IMG/VR virus record: IMGVR_UViG_3300015360_000024
Coordinates: 96,001 to 160,000 of that record
DNA length: 64,000 bases
Direction: 5' to 3' (one strand)
Origin: a virus
The notes beneath the pieces are model-generated. The model was given only the letters and a program-made list of their open reading frames with translations. It had not been told where the DNA came from and searched no databases. The position numbers and the translations under genes are program-made. Each line of letters begins with the position of its first letter. Position 1 is the first letter of the stretch. Below, piece by piece: positions 54,533-64,000 of the stretch.

Positions 54533-56464
54533 ATGCCGCCAATCACGCTGAGCCCGATCTCCAACGCCACCGTAAAGGTGCGATGGAAGGAGCCGTACGC
54601 CTCGGAAGGCCTAAACCGCAAGATGGCGGTCGTGGTTCCGGCTGGTGTGTATCGCGGCCTGAAGCTTGGGGTGAGCGCCAGCAATCTATCTGTCGATTTG
54701 CTCCCTGACGCAGTCGGGGATCACGTCGCCGTTCAGGAGAGTTCCGACGGATTCCAGACGACGTATGTGGATGACACGTCTGGTACGATCACCCTGCCGC
54801 TGACGGGGTTCGCCACCAACGACGTGGTTGTGATCTGCCTGGTTATTGGTTACGCGGTCGGCGCTACAACGACGGCTGAGTTCCGTGGTTATGTGCTGGC
54901 TGACTACGATGCGCTATCGGATGCAGCCAAGAGCGACCTGGTGGTGCTCGGAACGGTTCTTCGTCCAGCAGCCGGCATTATTCCGGCGGTCAACATCACG
55001 CACGATCGTCGGACCTTGCCGTTTCTTCGTCGCACCGATGAAGCCACGCCATGGAACCCGCTGGTTCGTAACGGCGGGTTCGAGCTTGGCGCTACGAATG
55101 CGACCAATGCCGGCGCATCGCCATTCTGGACTACGTACGCCTCGAACGCGAACTTCACGATTCGTCCGGTGACGACCGAGTCTCACTCGGGCGCCAAGAG
55201 CCTGGAGATGACTGCGTCGGGTGCTGGCGCGGTGACGGCTACGATCTGGCAAGACCTGTTCATACCAGTGACGCCTGGCCGCTTCATGATGGGTCGCTTG
55301 TTCAAGAAGGTAATCCAGACAGCGACGCTATCGAGCGGCAGGATTCGGTTCACGTTCGGAGATCAGGACGGCATCAACGACGTCAACGAAGATCTGCTAT
55401 TCGATGTGTCTGCTATTGATGGATCATTCGAAGAGTTCTCTGGGATCATTAAAGTCCCTACGACTGCGCGCGTGCTCAAGGGTGTGTTCATTGTCATCGC
55501 TGGCACATATGCTGGCACCGGCCCGTGTATCCGAATTGACGATGCCCAGGCTTGGATGCAGGTTGATGCAGCCAACTGGATGGATGTCCTCGATGCTCGC
55601 GCTGGCGAGGGTGCGTTCGGAAGGCTGCTCCTTGGTACTGCGAATAGCTTTTCGACTAGTGGCGCGAAGCTGTCGAACCCCGGAAACCTTGTTGAGGTAG
55701 AGCGATCTGACTCAAACCTCCTGGTCCTCCCTCCGGCTATCTCGATTCCGGCTCGCGCTTCAGTGAGCCTCAAGTACACGTTGGTCTTTCAGAGCCTGCC
55801 GCCGGGAAATCCTGGTTATAGAAAGTACGTGTCCCGGGTTGGGCACTTGCTCGAAGTCGTGAACGCATCCTACGACTCGACGACGGATACATGGACGAAG
55901 GATGTCGCTGGCGTCAACGCGCTCAGAAGCGAAGTGGCGGCTAGCGGAGTCCTTGTTTACGAACGTATTTCTGATGTTGCCTGGTTGGATTCCGCCTGGG
56001 CTGCTCAGTACACCGTTGGAACGTCGCCTCTATTCACGCAGTCGATCAGGCACGGCGACCGCCCGCTTCAGCTGGGGTCGAACTGGTTTCAGTACGATAC
56101 GACCTCAGGTGGAGAAGATTTCGTTTTCAGGGATGGTGGCTTCATCCAGATCATGGCCGCGACGACGATTTGGATCGAGCTGCCGTTGATAGTTGGCGAT
56201 AGAGTGAAGTCGTTCACGATTCAGGTCAGCGGAAACGGTGCGTCTGATATCTCTGCGATTAGGTTTCAGCGTGCCGGTCTAGGCAGCACGTTAGCTGAGC
56301 TGACGACGGCGCTTAACAATCCTGGCGCCGGTTGGGCCAGCTATCCGTTCGCGCTGCCAGGTGGCGAGACATTGCTGGCTAATGAATCGTTCGTGATCGA
56401 GTTTGTCATCACTGGGACGATGCAGCTTGCAACTACAACGGTGATCTATGATCACCCAGTCTGA
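54533..56464 (+). CDS. Tail fibre / receptor-binding protein, paralog 1 (CBM4/9-like domain)
   Basis: VRWKEPYASEGLNRK...GVYRGL N-terminus; PLVRNGGFE...IRIDD carbohydrate-binding-like module. Confidence 0.7.
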   Translation: MPPITLSPISNATVKVRWKEPYASEGLNRKMAVVVPAGVYRGLKLGVSASNLSVDLLPDAVGDHVAVQESSDGFQTTYVDDTSGTITLPLTGFATNDVVVICLVIGYAVGATTTAEFRGYVLADYDALSDAAKSDLVVLGTVLRPAAGIIPAVNITHDRRTLPFLRRTDEATPWNPLVRNGGFELGATNATNAGASPFWTTYASNANFTIRPVTTESHSGAKSLEMTASGAGAVTATIWQDLFIPVTPGRFMMGRLFKKVIQTATLSSGRIRFTFGDQDGINDVNEDLLFDVSAIDGSFEEFSGIIKVPTTARVLKGVFIVIAGTYAGTGPCIRIDDAQAWMQVDAANWMDVLDARAGEGAFGRLLLGTANSFSTSGAKLSNPGNLVEVERSDSNLLVLPPAISIPARASVSLKYTLVFQSLPPGNPGYRKYVSRVGHLLEVVNASYDSTTDTWTKDVAGVNALRSEVAASGVLVYERISDVAWLDSAWAAQYTVGTSPLFTQSIRHGDRPLQLGSNWFQYDTTSGGEDFVFRDGGFIQIMAATTIWIELPLIVGDRVKSFTIQVSGNGASDISAIRFQRAGLGSTLAELTTALNNPGAGWASYPFALPGGETLLANESFVIEFVITGTMQLATTTVIYDHPV

Positions 56465-56476
56465 TGGAGATAGAAA

Positions 56477-58978
56477 ATGCCCCCGGTAACCATCTCGGCG
56501 ATTGTTGATCTCTCGAAGGTCAAGATGAAGTGGAAGGAGACGTATGTCTCCGAGGGGCTTAACCGCAAGGTGATCCCTGCGATGCCGAAGGGTATCTACA
56601 GCGGCCTCAGGCTGATTCAGAACATCTCGTCACCACGTCAGGTTGAGGTGTCTGCTGCGCCTGACGTAACGCATGCTGCTGTCCACCAGAGCGCGACTGG
56701 ATACTCCACGACATATCACGACGTTGCTGGTGTTTCTACGATACTTGATCTGAGCAACGCGGCGCTAAACAACCAGGAGACGGTCATCGCGCTGTCGATC
56801 ACCTATGTGATCGGTGCTGATACGACGGCTAGCTGGATTGCCTATCCGATTGCTGATTGGAACGCGCTGACCGACGCGCAGAGGGCTGAGCGGATCGTCC
56901 TTGGGACGGTAAGCGTTCCAGCTCCGGCCACGAACATTACGACAGCGATGATCACTCCGAATCGTCGCACGGCGGCTTGGGAGAGTGAGTCGCCTGGCTC
57001 GGTGCCATGGTCTCCAATCGTTAAGAATCCAAGCTTCGAACATGGTGGTACAGGTTCCAGCGGCTCCGGTCAGTATCTGATCTCTGACTGGCGCAATCGG
57101 GTCGACTTGGACGTCAACGGGCGCTTTGAGTTAGGCGTGGCCACTGTTCGTTCTGGTGCCAAAAGCTTGGCCTTCAACAAGACAATTGTTGGAGCGAGTA
57201 CTGGAAAGATCGAGCAGTACCAAGAGGTTCCCGTTACCCCTGGGCAGCTGGTTCGCGTGACGGGTTGGATTAGGCAGCTCATCGCCCCGACGGGCGGGTC
57301 ATATACATTCAACGTCTACTGGGGCGATCTGGACAGCCTTGCCTCGGGGAGTCTTACCATCACCGCATCGGCGGCTGGCCTTGACGCCGCATTCCGTAAG
57401 GTTGAGTCGACGTTCAAGGTGCCGGCGGGTAAATTCGTTATCAAGACGGTCACGATCGAAGTTGTCGGTGTGACGTCTGCATCAACCGGCGTTGCCGCCG
57501 TCTTCGATGATTTTCAGGTGTTTATTGAGACCGGCTCACCGCTTACGCGGCAGGCAGCTCTCGCAAACAGCTTGCGCCAGCAAATGGTAAGCGCGCTGTT
57601 CTTCGAGGATCCTTCAACATACGCAGCCAATGGACAGCTATCAGCTCTTCTGCGTTACGACAAGTCGACGCCAGTCGGCGAAGGGTCTCTCATCGGTCAG
57701 CGCAAAGACCTCGCAGACAATTCGGCGCAGCCAGCGCTCTCATGGATGGGGCGTATCATCGACCTCGGCAAGTTCATGTTGTTCGGCTCCGCCGAGTCAA
57801 ACCAGCCTCGCATCGAGGGACCGTTTTCATCGAATGAGCCGTTCACCCTAATGTTTGAGACCAGACGCGAAGGACCAGCTGGCAAGGGGCTGCGCTTGTA
57901 CGCTGGGTATCTGTTCGGTGGCTCCACGGAACCTGGCTTCTTCTTGACGGTTAACGCAAAGCATGACGGGACGAACTGGACGAGGGACGTTAACGGCGAA
58001 GGTTCGTCTGGTGTGTATATTGACGCTGACGAGAATCGCGGCAATATTGTATCCAGCAATGGTGCACCGTGTTTGACGACTTATGTTCACAGGGCAGCTG
58101 ATCCTAATACATGGACCACATGGCAGGAGGCCGTTTCCCTTATGGGGCTAAACGATCCAGAGGGAGGATCTGCTCTCCAGACGTCACAGATCTTGATCCC
58201 TCGCTATTTTGATCAGACCAAGCCTGTTATTGTCATTAGCGGTGCGCCGGAGCCTAGAGGCCCTGTTCTACAGGGAGATGGGGATTCTATTCTGGTCGGC
58301 GGAATCGACCACGCTGGAATTTATTTCTACCCGGATTCCAGAGTGGTTCACGAGGACTTCGATGACTCGACGCTCGGCTACTACCTGCGCCAAGACATTG
58401 TTAATGTTGGCAGCACGACCCTCAGTCCAGCTAACAGCAGGGCTACGCTAGTCACAAACGCAGCCAGCGGTAGCATCAGCGTATTTCGTCCAAACGTCGC
58501 CTATCAGAACTGGGGTTCCAATGGCGGGCTGTTCAGGCTAGGTTTCCGCGCCAGGATTGCCATCGGCGGTATCACCAATACCGAGCAGTACATTGGGTAC
58601 TGGTGCCCTGGCCAGGGCAACCCGGACAACAACGCCGCATTGGCTATGGCGTTCAAGATTGTGAACGGTGTCGTGTCAGTGATTGCCGATGGTGGTGCGG
58701 CGACAGCTTCTACCGGAGTCACAGTTGGCGTCGGTCAAATTCGCTGGTTCACCCTGGTCTTCGATCCGACCAACGGAGTGGTCCAGTGGCATATAACGGG
58801 CTCTGGTGGAACCATTGCCAGTGGTATGGTCGGCGGGACTTATGGGACTCTCGCAGCCTCCGCAGAGGCCGGTGATCCAAACTATCCATTTATCGGTGTG
58901 AAGACGACAACTGCGGCAACGTCTTCGATTACGGCTGACTGTTTGACCGCCTGGATGGGCGACAGAGAGGGAATGTAA
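56477..58978 (+). CDS. Tail fibre / receptor-binding protein, paralog 2
   Basis: MKWKETYVSEGLNRK...GIYSGL; PIVKNPSFE...VFDDF; lectin-like C-terminus. Confidence 0.7.
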   Translation: MPPVTISAIVDLSKVKMKWKETYVSEGLNRKVIPAMPKGIYSGLRLIQNISSPRQVEVSAAPDVTHAAVHQSATGYSTTYHDVAGVSTILDLSNAALNNQETVIALSITYVIGADTTASWIAYPIADWNALTDAQRAERIVLGTVSVPAPATNITTAMITPNRRTAAWESESPGSVPWSPIVKNPSFEHGGTGSSGSGQYLISDWRNRVDLDVNGRFELGVATVRSGAKSLAFNKTIVGASTGKIEQYQEVPVTPGQLVRVTGWIRQLIAPTGGSYTFNVYWGDLDSLASGSLTITASAAGLDAAFRKVESTFKVPAGKFVIKTVTIEVVGVTSASTGVAAVFDDFQVFIETGSPLTRQAALANSLRQQMVSALFFEDPSTYAANGQLSALLRYDKSTPVGEGSLIGQRKDLADNSAQPALSWMGRIIDLGKFMLFGSAESNQPRIEGPFSSNEPFTLMFETRREGPAGKGLRLYAGYLFGGSTEPGFFLTVNAKHDGTNWTRDVNGEGSSGVYIDADENRGNIVSSNGAPCLTTYVHRAADPNTWTTWQEAVSLMGLNDPEGGSALQTSQILIPRYFDQTKPVIVISGAPEPRGPVLQGDGDSILVGGIDHAGIYFYPDSRVVHEDFDDSTLGYYLRQDIVNVGSTTLSPANSRATLVTNAASGSISVFRPNVAYQNWGSNGGLFRLGFRARIAIGGITNTEQYIGYWCPGQGNPDNNAALAMAFKIVNGVVSVIADGGAATASTGVTVGVGQIRWFTLVFDPTNGVVQWHITGSGGTIASGMVGGTYGTLAASAEAGDPNYPFIGVKTTTAATSSITADCLTAWMGDREGM

Positions 58979-59245
58979 ATGATGGAGAACAAGATGAACG
59001 AGAAGACGATTAACAACATCCCGGTTTCCGAGGAGACCTTCAACAAGATGATCCTTCTGCAGGAGAGGTCTCGGCGGATCAATGCTGAGGCTGCTATCCT
59101 TCAGCGCGAGAAGGTCGATACCGAGGCAGCGGTTGCTGCGCTCATGGCCGAGATCGAAAAGAGCGCTCCTACCAAGGAGGGTAACGGCCTGGCACAGCAG
59201 ATTTCTGCTGTCGCTCCGGCTGCGCAGCAGACCCCGACCGCATAG
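58979..59245 (+). CDS. Small coiled-coil protein (possible fibre chaperone)
   Basis: Between fibre paralogs; SD GAGGG. Confidence 0.6.
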   Translation: MMENKMNEKTINNIPVSEETFNKMILLQERSRRINAEAAILQREKVDTEAAVAALMAEIEKSAPTKEGNGLAQQISAVAPAAQQTPTA

Positions 59246-59254
59246 GTGATTTGA

Positions 59255-61852
59255 ATGCCCACGGACATCCTCGCGCTGCCATCGAGCAGCCTCAACACGA
59301 AGTGGAAGGAGCCGTATGCCTCGGCGAGCCTCAACCGGAGGTCCGTTGGCATCACTGCGCCGGGAATCTATCGTGGTTTGAGATTGCAGCCGGATCCGTC
59401 CCTGGGCGACAGGACAATTCAGGTCGAGGCTGACCCGGATAAGCTTGATCACGTAGCCGTTTACGAGAACGACAGCGGATTCTCGGTGACGTATCGGGAC
59501 AGCACGTCAGGTGACATCATCCTGTCGCTGGCTGGATACGCCAGCGTTAATGTCGTCGTTTGTATTTTCGTGGACTATCAGACCGGCGTCTCCACGACTG
59601 GCGCCTTTCGGATCTTCACGGAGGCCGAGTTCAGCGCACTGCCTTTGGCTGTCAGTAACGCGTTGGTGATCATTGGGACTGTGACGGTTCCGGTGTCCGG
59701 TGCCATCTCGGCATCGAATATATCGCTCCTGCGTCGCACGCTTGCGTCATCGAATCTGTCACGCGGAACGATCCCCAACGCTCCGTTGGTTCGTAATCCT
59801 GGGTTCGAGTCCGGCGAGACCAATGCGACATACGCCAAATCGAGCTTGTTCTGGGACAAGTCGATGACGGTCGGCACGGGAACATGGAAGACCAGTACGG
59901 CGCAGGTCTCGACGGGCATGAAGTCCATCGAGATGAACGTGACAGCTGGACCTGTTACTGGAGAGATTTCTCAGCAGGTTGGTGTCGAGACGGCGGAGGG
60001 TGAGCTGTTCTTGATTGCCGTTACGATCAAGCAGCTGAAGACGATCTCCTCTGGAAGTTTGGTCTTCTTTTTGGAGTGGTCTGACGTCAACGACGCCTTG
60101 CTGACCACGACAACCATTGGCCTCGACGGTGGCGGAATCGACTCGTCGTTTAGGACGGTGGAGACAATCATTCCGGCACCGGCTGGTGCGTCTTCGTTGC
60201 GTTCTGTTGGTATTCGGGCAACGGGCTTCAGCCCGGCAAGCACTGGGATTTTTGGGTACGTAGATAACGTCGATGTATTCGTTGAGCCGAGAGATCCACG
60301 GTACCCGTACGCATTCGACCAAACGTTCCGTAGAGCGGTGGCCGCGACTGCTGTTTCGCTTCTGGACAGGACGGGGAATTTCGCAAGTCAGATCGCGTCC
60401 CTTCGGTTTGATCCAACAACACCGTCAGGCGAAGGTCGCGCGCTATTTGAGCCAGGCAATCCGGCTAATATTCCACCAGCGCTTGCAGTGCTTGGTAGGC
60501 TGTACAAGCTCGGATCTAGTCTCCTTGGGACTGAGGCGAATGCGCTGAAGCCGCGCGTCAGCGCCGACGTGAGCGTTGCGGTTGGTACCGAGTACACGCT
60601 CATGTGGGAGTCGGTTCGCGACGGGGAGTCTCCTGGTGGCTACACCCAGGCGGTTGCTCGTATCTATGGCGCTCCGGCTGGGCAGTGGACGCTAACAGTG
60701 AATGCTGCGTTCGACGGGACCAACTGGATCAAGGATGTCAACGGTCAAGTTGCGTACAGGACGACATTAGCGCGAGATCAATTCGTCATCTCTACCCAGA
60801 TCGGAGGCACCAACACGTGGCTCGATGCGGCTTGGGTGAAGGTGTCGGAGGCGCTTCCTGGGGCGGTCAATCTGCTGCTTGGTACAGGTTCGAACCAGTT
60901 CGTGTTCACACCGACGCAGCTCACGCACGATGCAGATATCGTCCCAGCAATCACTGGCACGTTTAGCGTTGGTTCTGCGGCCGTACAGCTCGACAAGATG
61001 TGGACGCGGCGCATTGGGCTTGGAGCCGATGGGACTGGCGCGGCTCCAGCGAACACCCCGCTTGGTCGATCACTGTCGATCATCGGAAGTCATGCTCCGT
61101 ATCAGGGCGAGTACATCAGCAAGCGGTTCGGGATATGGGGCCGTAAGGGCCTGCGTTTTGTCGATGACTTCTTCAGCGAGACGACGGTTCCCGATGGATG
61201 GAACTCTGGCTCGATTGGTGCCGGCGCCTCGATTGTTCGTGATGGATCAATACCTCATACCCTCAACGCTGTTCATACCGGAGCTGCGAATGGGACAGCG
61301 TATATCTATACGGCCAACAGCTTTCGTTTGACGGATGGCTTCGTGGCTCGTTGGAGATTGGTATGGAACAACGGCGGCACGATTGGAACTACTGGAGCTG
61401 TTGGGTTTGGTGATCCGATCGGCGGTACGAACGGCATGTCGTTTCATGCCATCGTTGACAACGTAACCTCTGGTGGTCCGTACTTCGGGACTGGATTCCG
61501 TTATGGCGGGACGCTCGATGCGACATTCAAACAGCCGGCGGGCGGAACGTTGATTGATATCGACGCCGTTACTGGATCCGGAGAAGGCGCATTCGGCAGT
61601 AACACGCTAATGCGTTGGTACACTCTCGCCGTTGTTAGTGGTGTGGCCTATTGGGAGGTCTACACGACCGAGCCAGACGGCGAGATCAATGACGACAGCT
61701 TCCTGACCGCGATCGGAAATACTGGGGCCATCACGGTTCCGTCGGGCCTCTATCCGTTTTACGTGAGCGCTCCTGGTGTCAGCGGCCTTGGCGGAACCAC
61801 AATGAAACTGGATTACTTCGAAGTGATCACCGGAGGTCGCGATGGCGGTTAA
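59255..61852 (+). CDS. Tail fibre / receptor-binding protein, paralog 3
   Basis: TKWKEPYASASLNRR...GIYRGL; PLVRNPGFE...YVDNV; distinct C-terminus. Confidence 0.7.
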   Translation: MPTDILALPSSSLNTKWKEPYASASLNRRSVGITAPGIYRGLRLQPDPSLGDRTIQVEADPDKLDHVAVYENDSGFSVTYRDSTSGDIILSLAGYASVNVVVCIFVDYQTGVSTTGAFRIFTEAEFSALPLAVSNALVIIGTVTVPVSGAISASNISLLRRTLASSNLSRGTIPNAPLVRNPGFESGETNATYAKSSLFWDKSMTVGTGTWKTSTAQVSTGMKSIEMNVTAGPVTGEISQQVGVETAEGELFLIAVTIKQLKTISSGSLVFFLEWSDVNDALLTTTTIGLDGGGIDSSFRTVETIIPAPAGASSLRSVGIRATGFSPASTGIFGYVDNVDVFVEPRDPRYPYAFDQTFRRAVAATAVSLLDRTGNFASQIASLRFDPTTPSGEGRALFEPGNPANIPPALAVLGRLYKLGSSLLGTEANALKPRVSADVSVAVGTEYTLMWESVRDGESPGGYTQAVARIYGAPAGQWTLTVNAAFDGTNWIKDVNGQVAYRTTLARDQFVISTQIGGTNTWLDAAWVKVSEALPGAVNLLLGTGSNQFVFTPTQLTHDADIVPAITGTFSVGSAAVQLDKMWTRRIGLGADGTGAAPANTPLGRSLSIIGSHAPYQGEYISKRFGIWGRKGLRFVDDFFSETTVPDGWNSGSIGAGASIVRDGSIPHTLNAVHTGAANGTAYIYTANSFRLTDGFVARWRLVWNNGGTIGTTGAVGFGDPIGGTNGMSFHAIVDNVTSGGPYFGTGFRYGGTLDATFKQPAGGTLIDIDAVTGSGEGAFGSNTLMRWYTLAVVSGVAYWEVYTTEPDGEINDDSFLTAIGNTGAITVPSGLYPFYVSAPGVSGLGGTTMKLDYFEVITGGRDGG

Positions 61853-62387
61853 TTTTCCTCCGCTTACTCCAGAGGAGCGCACGGTTGTAATCGATTGGAT
61901 CAACGAGCGAGTGATCCCCTGGCCTGATGTCTGGGCCTTGCTTGATCGGGCTATCGAGCACTTCGGCTTCCGTACAGGACCGCCGGAGATGCGTGAGTAC
62001 GCGGAGAGTCTTCCGATTCAAATTGTCGGAGTCAACGGTGGTCTTTCTTGGAAGACCGAGCCGTCCTATGCCGATATTGATCTCGCTGTTGTATTGGACC
62101 GCGATTTCAATAAGGGGGATCTGGCCTTCCTGACCTGGGTTGGCAAGCAGCGGATCTCGGCAGAGGAAATCGTCATGCAGACTTCGCGCTGTACGATTCC
62201 AGGCATCGAGCTGGAGATCGATGGGGTTTGGCGACGCATCGATGTTCTGCGACCCATGAAGGAGCATGGTGGCCGACTATGGGTGTGTCCTGGGACGTGT
62301 CGTCACTGTAGTAGGTTGTTTTACGACGCCAATTTCGTTCTCGTAGGCGGTGTTATCACGCACGAATCCTGCCTCACAGGAGTCTGA
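61842..62387 (+). CDS. Putative Pol-beta-superfamily nucleotidyltransferase-like protein with a C-terminal Cys/His cluster
   Basis: NGG-x10-DIDL fits hG[GS]x9-13Dh[DE]h; candidate third Asp in RRIDVL; CPGTCRHC...HESC. Confidence 0.5.
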   Translation: MAVNFPPLTPEERTVVIDWINERVIPWPDVWALLDRAIEHFGFRTGPPEMREYAESLPIQIVGVNGGLSWKTEPSYADIDLAVVLDRDFNKGDLAFLTWVGKQRISAEEIVMQTSRCTIPGIELEIDGVWRRIDVLRPMKEHGGRLWVCPGTCRHCSRLFYDANFVLVGGVITHESCLTGV

Positions 62388-62422
62388 TTGCGTCGCGCAC
62401 ATCATCGTGCGAAGCTTCCGCC

Positions 62423-62764
62423 GTGACCAAGCGTCTGCCAACGCAACGTGATCGGTCCGCCGGAAGAGCGGTTTCCCAGGGGGACGGAACCCCAAGGGAC
62501 GAGATCGATGAAATTACCGATCGACTGGAGATGCTTGAGGCTAATCCTCTGCCAACGCCGCCTCCGATGTCACCCCGAGATCTTAGTATGGTGATGGCCT
62601 CCTTTGAGGCTAAACTATGCGAGCTGAACAAGTCCCTGACCAAAGAAACCAGGGCAAACCGAATCACCCTTCGCAACTTCACTACCGAGTGTGAAAAGAC
62701 GAAGGAATCGGTGGAAGATCTCAACACGGAGCTGAATCTTGTCATCAGGAGAGAAGTCGGATAG
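62423..62764 (+). CDS. Coiled-coil hypothetical protein
   Basis: 113-aa ORF overlapping the next gene; start uncertain. Confidence 0.5.
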   Translation: MTKRLPTQRDRSAGRAVSQGDGTPRDEIDEITDRLEMLEANPLPTPPPMSPRDLSMVMASFEAKLCELNKSLTKETRANRITLRNFTTECEKTKESVEDLNTELNLVIRREVG

Positions 62765-63293
62765 CTACGTCACTGCAGTTGCGACCCAACTGTTTCAGAC
62801 GCAGGCGCTTATCCAGACGCTGCTGACCGAGATTAGAGAGAACTCAACCGAACAGGCTGCGCTCAATGCGGAGCTAAAGAATCTCCGTCTAAACGTCAAC
62901 ACTCTGTCGAATATCATCCGGGGCGGCGACGGGAACACGAAGCCACTCGTCCTCGAAGTGGAGATGATGAAGCACGCCGATATTCACCTCGACAAGAGGA
63001 TTACGGCGGTGGTTGAAGACATCGAAGACCAGATTCTTTCCTTGGCAAAGAACCTGGCTGAGTCAGTTGCTCGCGCTGAAGGCAAGATTGAGGCAGCCGA
63101 TAAGTCACGGCGTGACTGGGAGGCCGCCAAGCTTGCAGCTGATACGGCGACCAATAATGCAAAGCTTGCAGCTGATACGGCGATCAGCAATGACCTGCGT
63201 CTGGATAGCCGAACTCGGTTTGCGACTAAGGCCTCAATTGTTATCGCGATCATCTCCATGATAGGAACGATCTTGGCGCTTGCTCTCAAGTAG
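62739..63293 (+). CDS. Coiled-coil protein with a single C-terminal transmembrane helix (holin/XhlA-like topology)
   Basis: C-terminal ASIVIAIISMIGTILALALK; TTG start with GGAG upstream. Confidence 0.6.
   Translation: MSSGEKSDSYVTAVATQLFQTQALIQTLLTEIRENSTEQAALNAELKNLRLNVNTLSNIIRGGDGNTKPLVLEVEMMKHADIHLDKRITAVVEDIEDQILSLAKNLAESVARAEGKIEAADKSRRDWEAAKLAADTATNNAKLAADTAISNDLRLDSRTRFATKASIVIAIISMIGTILALALK
63129..63183 (+). repeat. Tandem 33-nt in-frame duplication containing a 22-bp exact repeat
   Basis: AAGCTTGCAGCTGATACGGCGA at 63129-63150 and 63162-63183 (AKLAADTA twice). Confidence 0.85.
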
Positions 63294-63305
63294 ACAGACA
63301 CACCA

Positions 63306-63342
63306 CGCACTTTGCTCCGCGTTCGGTCGGAAGTGCGATTTT
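63306..63342 (+). terminator. Possible intrinsic terminator
   Basis: CGCACTT...AAGTGCG stem followed by ATTTT. Confidence 0.4.
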
Positions 63343-63412
63343 GGGGTAGCGCAGCCGGCCTGAAACGAGCGTCTATCTAGTGTATAGGTAGCGTTGTAAG
63401 AGGAGAATCACC

Positions 63413-63808
63413 ATGGGCGTTCGCGTCACCTTTGAAGTTCTTGTACAGATTTCGGAGAATACCCAAGAACTCAAGGAGCTTGGAAAGAGCCCTCCTTGGA
63501 AGGGAACGTCGGATCTACTGGACGACGGTGGGACATGGCGGCAGAGGATTGTTGCCGGTGCCGTCAACGTACCCGTAGATCTGAATGGTCTAGCCAATGG
63601 ACGCCTGCTTGCCATCAAGACCAACCAGACCATCACGTTCAGGAAGAACCTGATTGGCGGCGAGCCTTGGACGATTCGCCCAATGGGCACAGGAGCCCTG
63701 GATGGTGTGTTTTTGGCGACAACAGACGGAATTACGTCGCTCTTCTTTTCTAACGCCGGATCCCTTGATGCCGAAGTGACCATCTCCATAGGTGGAATGG
63801 TCGTCTAG
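63413..63808 (+). CDS. Small beta-rich hypothetical (probably virion) protein
   Basis: SD GAGGAG; 131 aa. Confidence 0.65.
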   Translation: MGVRVTFEVLVQISENTQELKELGKSPPWKGTSDLLDDGGTWRQRIVAGAVNVPVDLNGLANGRLLAIKTNQTITFRKNLIGGEPWTIRPMGTGALDGVFLATTDGITSLFFSNAGSLDAEVTISIGGMVV

Positions 63809-63902
63809 ATCTCGGTTGCTTGCGTAAACCAAGGCAAAAGGTTAGCTTTCGCTGAGTTCGAACCCGGGCCGTTGGCCCAAGACAGAAAATCTGGAGAAGA
63901 CC

Positions 63903-64000
63903 ATGCTTACTTTGAACCTGACCAACACCTCGGGCGTCGCGATCGTTGCCGGCGACGGCGTCCTCCCCAAGATGTTCAGCTGGATGTCGATCGCGATTGC
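63903..64000 (+). CDS. Hypothetical protein, 3' end truncated by the window edge
   Basis: SD GGAG; MLTLNLTNTSGVAIVAGDGVLPKMFSW... Confidence 0.55.
   Translation, partial: MLTLNLTNTSGVAIVAGDGVLPKMFSWMSIAI

Noticed and set aside
33578-61852. Diversity-generating retroelement or invertase-driven fibre switching
   Set aside because: No reverse transcriptase, no template/variable repeat pair differing at adenines, no recombinase and no inverted fibre segment seen in the window.
63851-63871. GTTCGAACCC resembles a tRNA T-loop
   Set aside because: The flanking 5-bp T-stem does not pair on either strand and no acceptor or anticodon arms can be built.

Overview
The window is the virion morphogenesis region of a large, GC-rich, contractile-tailed dsDNA phage, probably a jumbo T4-like myophage. 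All credible genes lie on the + strand. Order: portal (5'-truncated), acidic prohead-core-like genes, fused prohead protease/scaffold, gp23-like major capsid protein, neck (gp13/gp14-like), tail terminator (gp15-like), a 941-aa sheath, two tube-family genes, a tail assembly chaperone with a -1 frameshift, a 1449-aa tape measure, baseplate genes (gp53/LysM, hub, OB-fold spike, gp25, baseplate J, gpI/gp7-like), then about 30 kb of fibre/appendage genes with several paralog families. Embedded non-structural items include an Endonuclease VII cassette that appears to have split a gene and supplied a synonymously recoded replacement 5' end. There is also a tubulin/FtsZ-family GTPase with a LAGLIDADG intein in its T7 catalytic loop, and a free-standing LAGLIDADG endonuclease. 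Others are a lipoprotein lipase, a membrane-embedded HExxH protease, a degenerate HNH + ribbon-helix-helix protein and a Pol-beta-type nucleotidyltransferase-like ORF. I also see a candidate second -1 frameshift in a head gene and an in-frame TAG that splits an apparently single gene. No CRISPR array, rRNA or convincing tRNA was found. All family calls come from motif recognition by eye; no database search was run.
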